Source of the DNA: Mobula hypostoma
Taxonomy: Eukaryota
Reading direction: 5' to 3'
NCBI RefSeq assembly: GCF_963921235.1
Contig: NC_086108.1
Location: 66,404,001 to 66,468,000, forward strand
DNA length: 64,000 nt
The notes under the pieces: generated by a model
What the model was told of the DNA's origin: nothing
The model's input: only the letters and a program-made list of their open reading frames with translations
Databases searched by the model: none
Program-made: the position numbers and the translations under genes
Shown: positions 24,480 through 38,105 of the stretch, in pieces
Layout of the letters: each line of letters begins with the position of its first letter
Numbering within the stretch: the first letter of the stretch is position 1

Positions 24480-25456
24480 TTGCAATTTGCCTATCGGCAC
24501 AATAGGTCAATGGCAGATGCAATCTCAATAGCTCTTCACATGGCTTTAGACCACCTGGATAATGCAAACACCTAAGTCAGGATGCTGTTCATCGACTATA
24601 TCTCAGCATTTAATACCATCATTCCCACAATCCTGATTGAGAAGTTGCAGAACCTGGGCCTTTGAACCTCCCTCTGCAATTGGATCCTTAACTTCCTAAC
24701 CGGAAGACCACATTCTGTGTGGATTGGTGATCACATATCCTCCTCGCTGATGATAAACACTGGCGCACCTCAGGGCTGTGTGCTTAGCCCTCTGCTCTAC
24801 CCTCTGTATACACATGACTGTGTGGCTCGCTATAGCTCAAATACCATCTATAAATTTGCTGATGATACAACCATTGTTGGTAGAATCTCAGGTGGTGATG
24901 AGAGAGTGTACAGGAGTGAGATATGCCAACTAGTAGAGTGGTGCCACAGCAACAACCTGGCACTCAACGTCAGTAAGATGGAAGAGCTGATTGTGGAGTT
25001 CAGGAATGGTAAGATGAAGGAACACATACCAAACCTCATGGAGGGATCAGAAGTGGAGAGAGTGAGCATTTACAAGTTCCTGGGTGTCAACATCTCTGAG
25101 GATCTAACCTGGTCCCAACATATCGATGTAGTCATAAAGAAGGCAAGACAGCGGTTATACTTCATTAGGAGCTTGAAGGGATTTGGCATGTCAACAAATA
25201 CACTCAAAAACTTGTATAGTTGTACTGTGGAGAGCATTCTGACAGGCTGCATCACTGTCTGGTATGGAGGGGCTACTGCACAGGACCGAAAGAAGCTGCA
25301 GAAGGTTGTAAATCTAGTCAGTTCCATCTTGGGCACTAGCCTACAAAGTACCCAGGACATCTTTAGGGAGCGGTGTCTCAGAAAAGCAGCGTCCATTATT
25401 AAGGATTTCACATCACATGCCGGTGATAATAAACCTGATTCTGATTCTGATTCTGA
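24480..25456 (+). mobile_element. Rex1/Babar LINE RT fragment
   Basis: [40 protein letters not shown] and [13 protein letters not shown] motifs; aataaa plus a (gattct)n tail. Confidence 0.92.
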
Positions 25457-25879
25457 ATAGACCTTTTCTTCAGTGCTACCTTCCTGCACCACTCCTGTGT
25501 TCTTGGATTCCTTTAACATGTTAAAAAGCAATCAATCCCTGACTTGATTTCATGAATATATTCAGTGATTGGAATGTTACCTTCCCAGTGGAACTTGCTG
25601 CTTGTAAAAGGTGCTTCAAAAGGAACTTGGATAGGCTGTAGGAGAAAAATAAATGGAATAAAACCAATTGGATTGTTCTGCAAGGAATAGGTGAAGATTT
25701 GATGGAGCAAAGCCTTCTTCCTGTGTATAATTAATAATCTGAGTCCTCCTATTTTGATACTACATTTAGTGACCTCAACTAGCATTCCCACATTTTATTT
25801 CCAACTAGTAGCCAGAACAACTAGTGTCACTCAGCCTGGAACTAAATCAGGAATCAGACAGCCTTACATACCTGAATCA

Positions 25880-27312
25880 ATGTCTATAGTCCAGTAGCAC
25901 TTACATCCACCGTGATGAAGCACTTTGAGAGGTTGGTGATGAAGCATATCAACTCCTGCCTGAGAAGTGACTTGGATTCACTCCAGTTTGCCTATCATCA
26001 TAACAGGTCAACAGCAGATGCCATTTCATTGGTTCTTCACTCAACCCTGGAACAACTGGCCAGTGAAGATGCATATATCGGGATGTTTGTCATTCACTAC
26101 AGCTCAGTTTTAATACTATCATCCCCTCAACACTAATCAATAAGCTTCAAGACCCTGGCTTCAATATTTCCTTGTGTAACTGGATCCCTGAATTCCTCAC
26201 TTGCAGATCCCAGTTAGTTTAGATTGGCAACAGTATCTCTTCCACAAAATCAATCAGTATAGATGCACCACTGTGTGGTTAGCCCTCTGCTCTATTCACT
26301 TCATACTTAAGACTGGGACTTATGAGCCATGCACAGGTCCAAAGCCATATTTAATTTTGCTGACAACACCACTGTTGTTGGCTGAATCAAAGGTGGTGAC
26401 AAATCAGCATGTAGGATAGAGAGAGGTGCCACAACAACTCAATGTCAGAAAAACCAAGGAGCTGATTATTGACTTCGGGAGGAGGAAACCAGACATCCAT
26501 GAGCCAGTTCCTATCAGGGGATTAAGGGTGCAAAGGTCATCAACTTTAAATTCCCTTCATTATCATTTCAGAGGATCTGTCCTGGGTCTAGCTTGTAAGT
26601 GTCATTATGAGGAAAGCATGGCAGTGCCTCTACTTTCTTAGAAGTTTGTGAAGATTCGGCATGTCATCTAAAACTTTGACAAACCTCTATAGATGTGTGG
26701 TGGAGAGTATGTTGAGAGATTTCATCATGGCTTGGTTTGGAAGCATGAATGCCCTTGAACAGAAAAGCCTACAAAGGGTAGTGCATACAATGCAGTCCAT
26801 CACAGGTAAAGCCCTCCCCACCATTGAACATATTTACCCAGAGCACTGTCACAGGAAAGCAGCATCCATCATCAAGGGCTCCCACCATCCAGACCATGTT
26901 CTCTTTTTTTTTTGCTGCCATCAGGAAGAAGGTACAGGGGCCTCGGGACTAACACCACCAGGTTCAGGGGCAGTGATTACCCTTCAACCATCAGGTTCTT
27001 GAACATGAGGGGATTGCTTCATTTAATTTCACTTGCCCCATCACTGAACTGTTCCCACAACCTATGGACTCAATTTCAAGGACTCTTCATGTCTTGTTCT
27101 TGCTATCTATTGCTTATTTATTATTATGATTTTCTTTTTCGTATTTGCAGTTTATTATCTTCTGTACGTTGGTTGTTTGCCCATCCCGCTTGGGATGTCT
27201 TTCACTGATTGTATCGTGTTTCTTGTATTCTCTGTGAATACCCACAAGATAATGAATCTCAGGGTTGTATATGGTATCATATATGTACTTCGGTAACAAA
27301 TTTACTTTGCAC
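25880..27312 (+). mobile_element. Degraded Rex1/Babar LINE with 3' UTR
   Basis: MKHFERLVM..LQFAY..STADAI, LNVRKTKELIIDF and LPSGRRYR; tail aaatttactttgcactt. Confidence 0.88.
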
Positions 27313-28229
27313 TTACGTAACTCCCAGAGCAAAACTGAAGAGATGATCAGGGCTTTTTCACTGCTTGTTCTTCAAAACCTACGTACCTAATGCTTACTTT
27401 GCAGAAGATATAAAATGCTTAGTATACAAAAATTGTAAATCACTCACAGGTGAAATGCGTTTTCTTTTCCTCTGTATTATTGGGTTTTCTAGTTTGTGTA
27501 AGATAAGATTAGTTGTTGTATTTTTTGTTTAATGTTCCTCTTAGAAATAAAAACTGATATGTGTAGCTGCTACAATTTTCATAAACAACTGCTTTTGAAA
27601 CTGGGTTCATTATTGGCCTTTTCTTTTATGAAGTGTCAAAAACTGGAAAGTATTCAAAGAAAGAAACATATGTTATGAAATCATAACTTGAATAAATTTA
27701 TGAGCTAAGAAAAGTGAATGAGGGAATTCAAACTATTTTTATAGATGGGAGAATTTAGTCGCTGTGTGTTTATATGATGAAGGAAAGGGTAATCGGCATG
27801 ATTTAAACTATTAAATTCAATTTTATGAGAAAGAGAAATCTACTCAATGATATTAGCCAAAGGAGCAAGCTTCACTAAAAACAAAATACAGGAATGTTTG
27901 GTATCAATGCAATAGAGAGAAGGGAATTCTTTAAATTGGCTCTGAACTTAAAGAATGGGTTATCTAACAGAGCTAATGATTTTTATTATTTTCACATAAT
28001 ATTTTCAATGTAATTACAGTATATGTTGTGCTCTACTGGTGTGGAGAAGTCAGAAAGTTTTTGAAATTGATTAATACTGATACATTTAAAGGAATATCTA
28101 GTTTACAATGATCTAGGAGTCAGAAGGTTACATATTCTGCAGATGAAAGCATCCCTTGGCTGCCTAAATAGTCATTCCATCTCAAACAGAGCTCAGAATA
28201 CAAAATAGTAACACACACTGGAGGAACCC

Positions 28230-28856
28230 CATAAGAAAGCTTATGGGGTGTTAGCTTTCATAAATCGAGGGATAGAGTTTAAGAGTCACGATGTAATGAT
28301 GCAGCTCTATAAAACCCTGGTTAGGCTACACTTGGAGTACTGTGTCCAGTTCTGGTCACCTCACTATGGGAGGATGTGGAAGCATTGGAAAGGGTACAGA
28401 GGAGATTTACCAGGATGGTGCCTGGTTTAGAGAGTATGCATTATGATCAGAGATTAAGGGAGCTAGGGCTTTACTCTTTGGGGAGAAGGAGGATGAGAGG
28501 AGACATGATAGAGGTATACAAGATATTAAGAGGAATTGATACAGTGGATAGCCAGCGCCTCTTCCCCAGGGCACCACTGCTGAATACAAGAGGACATGGC
28601 TTTAAGGTAAGGGGTGGGAAGTTCAAGGGGGATATTAGAGGAAGGGTTTTTACTCAGGGAGTGGTTGGTGCGTGGAATGTACTGCCTGAGTCAGTGGTGG
28701 AGGCAGATACACTAGTGAAGTTTAAGAGACTACTAGACAGGTATATGGAGGAATCTAAGGTGGGGGCTTATATGGGAGGCAGGGTTTGAGGGTCGGCACA
28801 ACATTGTGGGCCGAAGGGCCAGTACTGTGCTGTACTATTCTATGTTCTATGTTCTA
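28230..28856 (+). mobile_element. CR1 3' end inserted into a PLE terminal module
   Basis: LAFINRGIEFKS..LEYCVQFWSPHY..WNVLPE; (ttctatg)n tail. It splits ctggaggaac|tcagcagg. Confidence 0.92.
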
Positions 28857-29105
28857 ACTCAGCAGGAAAGGCAGCATCCATTGAGGGAAGTGAACAATTG
28901 ACATTTTGTGCTGGGACCCTTCATCAGGACTGGAAATAAGAAGGGCAAAAACCTGAATAAAAGGAAGAACATGAGCTGGCAGGTGAATCCAGGTGAGGGA
29001 GCAGTTTAGGAAGGTGGGGAGGGTGGAGAGAGGGATGATGTAAGAAGCTAGTGGGGAATAGGTGGAAGATGTAAAGGGTTGAAGAAAAAGAGATCTATAC
29101 GAGAA
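28857..29105 (-). mobile_element. PLE terminal fragment with degenerate hammerhead
   Basis: tcagcagg..gcagcatc..gacattttgtgctgggacccttcatcaggactgg followed by the purine-rich tract. Confidence 0.75.
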
Positions 29106-29114
29106 AACAGTCAG

Positions 29115-30740
29115 TAGGTAAAAGGGGCCTTTTCTGTTTGGCTGCTAGTGGATAGTGGTGTCTCACATGGCTCAGTGTTGGGACCACGCCTTTTCATGTT
29201 TTATGTCAATAATTTGGATGACAGAATTGATGGCTTTATAGCCAAGGTTTCAGATGATACAAAGAGAGGTGGAGGGGGAGGTTAGTGTTAGGAAGTAGGG
29301 AGTAGGCAGAAGGACCAGGACAGACAGGAGAATGGGCAAAATAAATGGCAAATGGAGTACAGTGTATGGTCATGCATTTTGGTAGAAGGAATAAAAGCAT
29401 AGGTTATTTTCTAAATGGAGAGAAAATTTCAAACTCAGAGTTGCTGAGGGACTTAGGAATCATAATGCAGGATTCCCTGAAGGTTACCTTGCAGGTTGAG
29501 ACATACGAAGGAAGGCAAATGCAATGTTTGCATTCATTTTGAGTGGACTGGAATATAAAAGCAAGGATGTAATGCAGAGGCTTTATAAGCATTGGTCAGA
29601 CATCACCTGGAGTACTGTGAGCAGTTTTTGGGTTCAAATTCAAGTTTAATTGTCATTCAACCATACATGAATACAGCAAAACGAGACAGCGTTACTCCAA
29701 AACACAGTTCCTCCAAGGCACATATAGCATATTTAAGAGACCAGTAAAATACAGGCACACAAGAAAAACATAGTCCCTGAGTCCATGAATGTTGCAGCAG
29801 TCTGCAATCAAATACTATACAGCTTGTCTTCTGCTGAGCGAACTCTGGGGAAAAGTACCAACTCCAGCATGGGCGATATGCCACATTGTCTCCAGCTCTC
29901 CAATGCAGTGCCCAACTCTGATACCTACTCCGGGCAGCTCCAAACAGCAACACCTCGCCACGACTGAGTCCACGCAGCTCCCCCCGGCGTCCATCAATAA
30001 ACCAGTAAGTCAGACTTGCAGCATTCCACATTAACAATGGTCAACAAGGATTTCTGATCACGAGAAAAGTGACTAAGATGATCACTTGCTGTTAGACTAC
30101 ATACCTCCTCCATGCACCAACTCCGATGCCTCTCTGTTACAGGCAGCGTCACGGTCCGTACCAAATACAGCTTCTTCAGTTTTCTGCTGACAAACTACTC
30201 TTTGATGGGGTAGACCTGCACTACTTCTAAGTTCTTAAAATCCAGCAGGATCATGTGATCATAAAAAGTATGTTTAAAAAAGACAATAACACCTTTGGTT
30301 GGCCCCATAGGGGCCGCTTCAGAAGCCTTACTGAGGAAAGAATTTGTTAACATTAGAGCACTTGGTGGTTCTGGACCATTACTTGCTGGAGCTTAGATTA
30401 AAGTGTGGGATCTCATTAAAACTTATTGAATATTGAAGGGCCTCAGTGGACTGGATGTGGAGAGAACGTTTCTGATAGTGGGTGTGTCTAGGACCAGAGG
30501 GCACAACCTCAGAATAGAGGGATGTCAATTTAGAGCAGAGATGAGAAGGAATTTCATTGAAATTCACTGGTGCAGATGGCTGAGGAGGCCAAGTCATTGA
30601 GTTTATTTAAAATGAAGGGTGATAGGTCCTTGATTAGTCAGGGCCTCAAAGGTTATGGGGAGAAGACAGGAGAATAGGGTTGAGAGGGTTAATAAATCAG
30701 CCATGATGGGATAGCAGAGCATACCCGATGAGCCATGTGG
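29115..30740 (+). mobile_element. Degraded CR1 ORF2 3' half with a nested unclassified element at ~29632-30320
   Basis: SVLGP, DDTK, VMHFGRRNK and HLEYCEQF remnants; the insert begins ttcaaattcaagtttaattgtcattc. Confidence 0.8.
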
Positions 30741-30774
30741 ACTAAATCTGCTCTTATGGTGTTATAGATAATGT

Positions 30775-31030
30775 GATAAAGGAAAAGGAGGCAGGGAACA
30801 AGAGTGAGGGAGGTGTAGGCGACGGACAAATTGTGAGAACACGGGAGGAGAAAGAGAAGAGATAAAAGGGCCAAAAGGATAAGGGAAACAGAGGGGAATG
30901 ATTACCAGAAGCAAGAGAAATAAACGCTGATACTATTAGGTTGGAGACGACCATGACAGAATATGAGATGTTGCTCCTCCAGTCTGTATCTGATCTCAAC
31001 ATTGGCAAATCCACTTTCCATTTCCACACA
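30775..31030 (-). mobile_element. Degraded PLE fragment
   Basis: Purine tract and atatgagatgttgctcctcca match the reverse of the GIY-YIG end at 415-497. Confidence 0.55.
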
Positions 31031-32639
31031 GATATAATTGTCCATGACCTGATACACTGCCATATTGAGGCAAATTTCAGATCGTACTACAAACGTTTCT
31101 AGATGGTATTATATTCAAACTTAGTTTAAGAGAACTGGATAGGGAGTCCTGCATTTCAAACATTTTCTAACATTGAGTTATCATTCATATGAATTTGTAA
31201 ATCAAAAGCCATAGCTGATAACTTAAAATACATATTCTATAATTCATTATTACATAGATGTTAAAGACAAAGATGATTGATTATAAATTCTCCAACTGAT
31301 TATTCTCTCTTCTCATCCTGTGTCTGCTTGTTTTTGATTTGCTTGTCAGGATGAGCTGTAACCTAAATAAATAAAATGAAGCAAAACAATATAATCCATC
31401 CCATTGCTACTAAACTGCACAGTATTAAATGGGTGTAGTCTTCCCTCGTGTGCTACTTTTTTAATAACAAAGCTTACTGCAATTTTACTACTATTTGGGA
31501 CATCTCAACCCTTTATAATGGGGTTTAACCTAAAAACAATTACTTTATTACATTGTGATAGTTGATAACATTTTGTAAACTTAATGGACTGCTCGCAGCT
31601 AAAGCCTCCCTTTGGTTTTATCTTTATTCACCTTGCATGTTTAAATGTAGGAATAAACAAAAAAAAATTCAAGAACCAGACAATTAAATCAAACCTAAAT
31701 GCAATATATTTGGTGTGAATTGAGCTGTCTCGAACAATGGGAGTCCTGGAATTTAGTCTGTATTCTACAGCTTAAACTCTTCATCGCTTCCTCTAGGAAT
31801 GATTTCCAGATGTTTGTTGCTAAAATTAAACACAAACATCAGAATGATATTACATTCCCAATCAGAATGACAGCAAAAATGTGGGGAGACTGATGGGTCT
31901 TCTTCCAGCTTGATCCTTTATGGGTTATCTGATTCCTTTACAGTTTATTTTACATCTTACCCTGCAGATGTTGCTGCGGTTGACTGAATTTAATGGTTTT
32001 GAAAAGATTATATCAGCTTTCCGCTGTATTGCATTACTGTATTTGTTAGATTCTCCATTCTATTACTTTAAAGGCTTATTTTTTTCTCTCAGACATTACA
32101 AGTGGAATGCATAAAAGCAGAAGGAAAAAGTAAGCCTGGCTTATAGAATTAAATACAGATTCCTCATAATCTTAAAGAAAACAACAGCAGCTACCAGAAG
32201 ATACTTTAATGGTTCCTCTGAAAATTATTCAGATCGTAACAATTTTATTGCCATCTAAGATATCATATGTGCAACATATGTATAGCAGAGAACTTTTATC
32301 AATTCATTAAGATGTACAGTAGCATCTTTCAACTGCCAACTTCATTGTTGACATTATCAAGTTGTTTTTTTTTTGGCTAGGTACGATAGAAACTAAATAA
32401 ATGAATAAATACACTGTAGATTTGTCATAATTTATTATTTTAAATAACTAATCAAGGATTCCATAATGTACAATCAAACCAGAAGTGAGAAGGTGTAAAT
32501 GACATTTAATGAATGAGGTGTCAGTTTTGATACTATTTTTGCTTCCATAAAATAGGATGTGATGAAGTGAGCTGAATGAAAGTGGTTGCAGACCCAAGAC
32601 ATCGTTAAAATCAAGCCTCAATAAAATTACATAGTACAT

Positions 32640-33300
32640 CAAACAGGACCATTAGCCCACAATGCTTGTGCTGACCCTGATTCCATTTTAAACTAATCTC
32701 ACCAGATACACATGGTCTATATCCCTCCATTCACTGTATGTTAATATGACTTTGCACATTACTATGGTATCTACTTCTGATGACACCTCCCCTGGCAGTG
32801 CCCTCCAGGCACCTGATTCTTTTCTACTGAGTGGAATAAATTCAATTAATACCATTCACCTGCTCTTTCCCAGAGCCCAGCAATTATTTCTCCATTAAGT
32901 GTTTATCCAATTCTGTTTCCAACAGCTCTACAGCAGGGCATTTGAGATCAAAATCACATTGCTTAAACAAGTTATACTACACATCCCCTTGTATCTTATG
33001 CCCAAAATATTAAATCTGTGCCCCTGAACTTCAAAGGATCTGCTTTTGGCAGAAACTTCTCCCCTTTGACTCTATCCAGTCCATTCCTGATCTTGTAAAT
33101 CCCTTTTAAATCTCCTTCTAGGACAATCCCGGATTCTCTAGTTTAACTCCTTAATACATTACAGTTGGATCCATTTGAGTAAACTGTTTCTGCACTTTTT
33201 CCACGATCTTTCCATTCATCGTAAAGTTGGATCAACATAATTTCCAAGGATTTGAACCCTATGCATCTACTTAAGTTCTAGAGTTCTATATGCTTCATTC
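32640..33300 (-). mobile_element. Old CR1 3'-end remnants
   Basis: aaacaggaccattagcccacaatg tail hairpin and decayed CR1 terminus. Confidence 0.45.
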
Positions 33301-33914
33301 AAATCCCTCTCTCAGCCTGTGCTGCTGCTTTCTTGGATGTATCCATAAGTACACCAGAGTCACCTGGTGCACTGTACTTAATCTGTATTGTATTTTTCAA
33401 AATGTATCATGTCACACTTTTCATTATTCCGTTTCATTTCCTACTTTTCCACCCTATCTGCAGTACATCTTGTGGGGAACATAAGCTTTGCTCACACAAC
33501 CTCACAAAAAGTATTTCGAAGTTTTGTTTTAAATTCTGGAGTAATCACTTTAAACGTTTTATGACATGAACCAATGGGGTATTATTATGCAGTATAACTT
33601 CAACCTTCTGGCACCTGAGCTCATTCGATATTAATTGGCACACATGAAAGAGGCATTGCCTATTTCAAAGCCGCCACCACGAAAGCATTAGATGCCAAGA
33701 GTGCTGTGGAAGAATCTTACCCGTCCTCATTTTCAGTGCTACACTCTCCCCGTTTTGCTCGCATCTGAAAGTAATCCATATTAATGACAATATAAAAGAA
33801 TAATTCTCACAGTAGAATGGGTTAAAGCAATCATGGTCCAATGTACCAACATCCCAAAAAGATAAGAACCTACACTTATGCAGCATCATTCATGACCATG
33901 GGTTTTCCAGAAGG

Positions 33915-34350
33915 GATTATAATGAAGTGCTTTTGAAGAGTAGTCACTATTGTTATCTAGGAAAATATGGAGCCAAAATATACTCTGCCCAATGGTCCAT
34001 AAAAGCAATGCAGTAACTGAATAGGTAACTTACTTTCATGGTGCTGGTCGAGAAATAAATTTTGTTGAAGGCATTAAGAGAAATTCATTGGCATTAACCT
34101 AATAGTGCCATGAATCTACTGGAAATGGTATCAGTAGCTAGCTTAGCTTCCGAGCTGATCAAAACTTGAATTAAAACCTCATCCCAGAATGTGCATCTCT
34201 GACAGTACAGCCTTTCCTCAGTCGTACAGCCTTTCCTCAGTCTTGCAGCACATTCAACCTAAATTGCATGCTTATCATTCTGAATTGGGATTTGAACTCG
34301 TGATTTCTGATTGAGAGATGAAAGTTATCCCACTGAGCAATGGCTGACAC
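33915..34350 (-). mobile_element. Deu-domain SINE (SacSINE1-like), degraded
   Basis: tRNA-like head in reverse (ggatttgaactc..cccactgagcaatggctgacac), central acctcatcc..tctgacagtacagc..cctcagt, aatagtgccatg, and tail aatgaagtgcttttgaagagtagtcact. Matches my recollection of the shark DeuSINE consensus. Contains a 19-bp tandem duplication at ~34205-34242. Confidence 0.7.
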
Positions 34351-34664
34351 CATAGCTAGTAATCAATGCTTTAAAAAGTTTCTTAGATAACCTGAGTGCT
34401 TTAAAATCTTATTATATTATTTTCCTAATGCATTGACAGATGTGAGGCTACAATCCACTGTACAATAATGCTACAAATTAGTTCCTGGAAACAGAGCTTT
34501 GCTTGAGCATCCAAGCTTGTACTTGGAGAGTTCCTGGACCTTAACCTCTGTGTGAGGTCCAATGAAACACAGCTGTCAGTGTAATTAGAATCCAGCAGCT
34601 CTGAATCACATTAAGCTGATGCCAATTTGAGATCCAACTGTTTAGATCTTCAAGCTGCATACTT

Positions 34665-35000
34665 CTGAGCAAATGAATAGAAGAGTGGGCTGAATGTTGT
34701 CTTTTCATGTCTGAGGTCTAAGTTCAATGGGAGACCAAAAAAAGTCTTCCCTGGTGTGAAACTGGGCAGTCTCAATTCAGTTCCTTGACAGTAGGACCCC
34801 CAACATGAACTGCCTTTAATTTGTGTTGGTTGTTACTAAATTAGAAACTGTACTCGAGGTCATGGGATGGGTCAAAAGTGAATGGAAAATGTGCTTCAAG
34901 GAAGAGCACCTTACCACTGCATATGAAGAGCATTATCATTCCTAATGTGAGCTAAACCACTGTCAGTTTTCCAGCATTCACATAAGAATAACTTAAACAT
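34665..35000 (+). mobile_element. LF-SINE-like relic
   Basis: tgtgaaactgggcagtctcaattcagttcct (34755-34785) and ctgtcagttttccagcattcacataag (~34960-34986) resemble the recalled LF-SINE body and tail in the correct order. Confidence 0.45.
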
Positions 35001-35338
35001 AGAACATACAAAACACCATTGGATAAAAAAGTTATCTTTGTACCGTGAATTTTTAATGAACTGCGTTGTTGGACTGTAGTGCAAATCAGTGGACGAGTTT
35101 TAACAGAACTTTACAGCATGAACTGTTCACTGTGTTTCTCAGTTGCAAGTTTCAGCATTCATTACATGCACACACGGAGGATGTGTAGTGGACAGGGGTA
35201 ATGTCAATCCCTGTGTAAACTCCAGTTCAAATCTCCTCTTAAAACAGATACTTATCCATTAAGCTAAAGCACATTGTAGGCTACACAGAGTACAGTAGGT
35301 CCAAACGTCCATGACAAACCTTGCACCTGTGCTATTCA

Positions 35339-35550
35339 GGCAGCACAATAGCATTGGAGTTAGCATAATGCTAATACAGCACCAGCAACTTGAGTATAAT
35401 CCCACCACTACGTGTAAGGAATTTGTCTGTCCTCCCTGGGGCTGCACAGATTTTTCCAGGTGCTCCAGTTTCCTCCCACATTCCAAAGATGTACAGGATA
35501 GTAGGTTAATTAGTCCCATGTGTATAATTGGGCGACACGGGCTCATTGAA
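35339..35550 (+). mobile_element. V-SINE (HE1-like)
   Basis: V-domain core ggtgctccagtttcctcccacattccaaagatgt..aggttaatt at 35459-35510, preceded by a degenerate tRNA head. Confidence 0.8.
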
Positions 35551-37084
35551 CTCATGACCTTCCGAAACAAAGGAAAGAATAATATCATTGAGCTAAGGCT
35601 GTCATCACTGAAGCATCTTTCCTCTTTATCTTTCATCTGTAGGCTGCCTCTTGTAGGCCTTATCTAAGTGTCCCAGAGCATGCCTGGTACCTCATCTTAC
35701 ACTCCAGAGCTGGTACACAAGTTCTTATCTTCTCATGGCGTGAGTGCAGTCCACCCTGTATGGAAGTCCACTTCATCCTCCAAAACATCCTCAATATTTC
35801 ACAAGGTCAAGTTCTGAGTTGGTAAATACAAATGTTTAATTGATGTATATATATTTTTTTTAAGGAACTGAGAGAGCATGTTTAAACCTAGAGTCTTCTA
35901 GGGAAGAAAATGGATATGAGATTTGAGAATGAAAATTAGATATGAACTTATTTATCTCTCCAAACACCTCCTCTTTCCATCAGTTCATTTTAACCTTTGG
36001 TACTTCCTGGCCCTCATCGTTTATAATATCCCCTTCTGAGGATATTATAAAATCTCCCACTTGGATTTTAAGGTCTTCAGCATTGGAACCTGTGTGACAG
36101 TGATGTCTATGTGTGCTGCTACTACTCTAATCAATGTTCTCAAAGCGCTGGCCTCCAGCAGTGTTTGGAACCAGTGATCAACCTCCCCGAGAACACATGA
36201 AAAGCAGTTCCCTATGCTACTGTACTAGAACAAATCAGCTTTAATATTTTAGAGCAGGGTTCTAGGCACAGTTGAATTTCCAGGCCATTATCTTCAGTTT
36301 ATAATAAAAATAAATTCATGTTAAGCTTACACAACCAGTATCTTTTGATTCCCGAAATGTTAATGTCACTTGTATAGATTTTTTTCCATTTTTTTGCCAT
36401 TGGTCTGTATGGTCTATTTTGTTTTCCTTTAGGAAAGAATTATGCAAAGTTCTAACAATCTTTAGCAGCAGTAAAATCACATCAGGATGCTATGTAAATC
36501 TTAGCAATCCAAAGTTCCAATAATTAATTAGGCTGCCACTTGACTTTCAGTGAAAAAAACTGGCTCACTAATCCAAATCAACACATACAAAATACTGGTT
36601 GAAAAGCCTACTTGAAAATTCCATTTATCTGGCCCTTGGACAGCAAATAAGTGATGAGTTATATTTTTTCCCATTTTTCTCCTCCTATGATAGTGAAATA
36701 AAAACAAAATGTCAAACATTGCGTTTGACATAAAACATTGTCAAAGCATTTTCTACTGAAACAATACACCAATGCACTCAACAATATAATCCCATTTATC
36801 TGAGACTGGTTTTAATGCTTTAACAAGATAGGGCAATTTCTCCAGAGTATAAAAGGTGTTAAGCAAGAATAAATTACTGGAAGATAAAGTGCACAACTAC
36901 AGTAGTAAAGCAATGAATTCAGTCCCCATGTGTATGGGATGGAAGCACATATTCAAACCCTTTGCAGCCAGATTATGATCTCAATAATCGCACCTGCAAC
37001 AGCACAGAAAGAATAGAGAGCAAGTACTTTCAGCGGCAGAATGTTGGGAAAACCAATACTGGCTCAGCTTGCTCACTGTAGCAT

Positions 37085-37355
37085 AAATGCAAGAGATCCT
37101 GCAGATTCTTGAAATCCAGCGCAAAACATACAAAATGCTGGAGGAACTCAGCAAGTCAGGCAGCAGCTCTGAAAATGAGTAAACAATTGACATTTCGGGC
37201 TGAGACCCTTCCACGGGACTGGAAAGGAAGGGGGAAGATGCTACAATAAAAAGGTGCGGGAGGAGTAGAAGGACCAGCTAGGAGGTGATAGGTGAAGCTT
37301 GGTGGGTTGGAAAGATAAAGTGCTGGACAAAAAGGAATCAGATAGGAGAGAATAG
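37085..37355 (-). mobile_element. PLE terminal fragment with degenerate hammerhead
   Basis: tgctggaggaactcagca..gacatttcgggctgagacccttc..ggactgg. Confidence 0.8.
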
Positions 37356-37396
37356 TATAGTTATTCATTGTAGTATACATTCCACTTTAAGTATTT

Positions 37397-38105
37397 AGAC
37401 CATTAGACCATAAGGCATAGAAGCAGAATTCAGCCATTCAACCCATCGATTCTGCTCTGCCATTTCATCATAGCTGATCAAGTTCCCTCTCTGCCTGATT
37501 CTCCTGCCTACTCCCCATAACCTTTCATGCCCTGGCTAATTAACAATCGATCAACCTCATCCTTAAATGCACCAGATGACCTGGCCTCCAGAGCCACCTG
37601 TGGCAACGAATTCCACAGATTCACCACCATCTGGCTGCTCATCTCTGTTCTAAATGGATATCCCTCTATTCTGAGTCTGTTCCCTCTGGTCCTACACCAG
37701 ATCATCTCTTCTTTCAGTTAGTGCTGACAAAGGGTCTCGGCCCAAAACGTCGATTGTACCTCTTCCTACAGATGCTGCCTGGCCTGCTGCGTTCCACCAG
37801 TATTTTGTGTGTGTTGCTTGAATTTCCAGCATCTGCAGATTTTCTCATGCTTGCGTCCTCTCTCATGCCTCTGTAATTCCCTTTACTCCACTGTAATACT
37901 GATATGTTTGACTTTAGCTTCTCCCTCTCAAATTGCAGGGTGAATTCTAGCACAGTATGATCACTGCTTCCTCAGGGTTCCTGTAATTTAAACTCCTGAA
38001 TCAAATCCGGTTCAATACACAACACCAAATCCAGAATAGCTAATCCCTTAGTAGTCTCAACCACAAATTGCTCTAAAAAGCCATCCTGTAGGACTTCTCC
38101 AAATT
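37397..38105 (-). mobile_element. CR1 fragments (3' end and APE part) with a + strand PLE/hammerhead fragment at ~37705-37852
   Basis: VVNLWNSLPQ..; EFTLQFEREK; ttagtgctgacaaagggtctcggcccaaaacgtcgattg. Confidence 0.8.
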
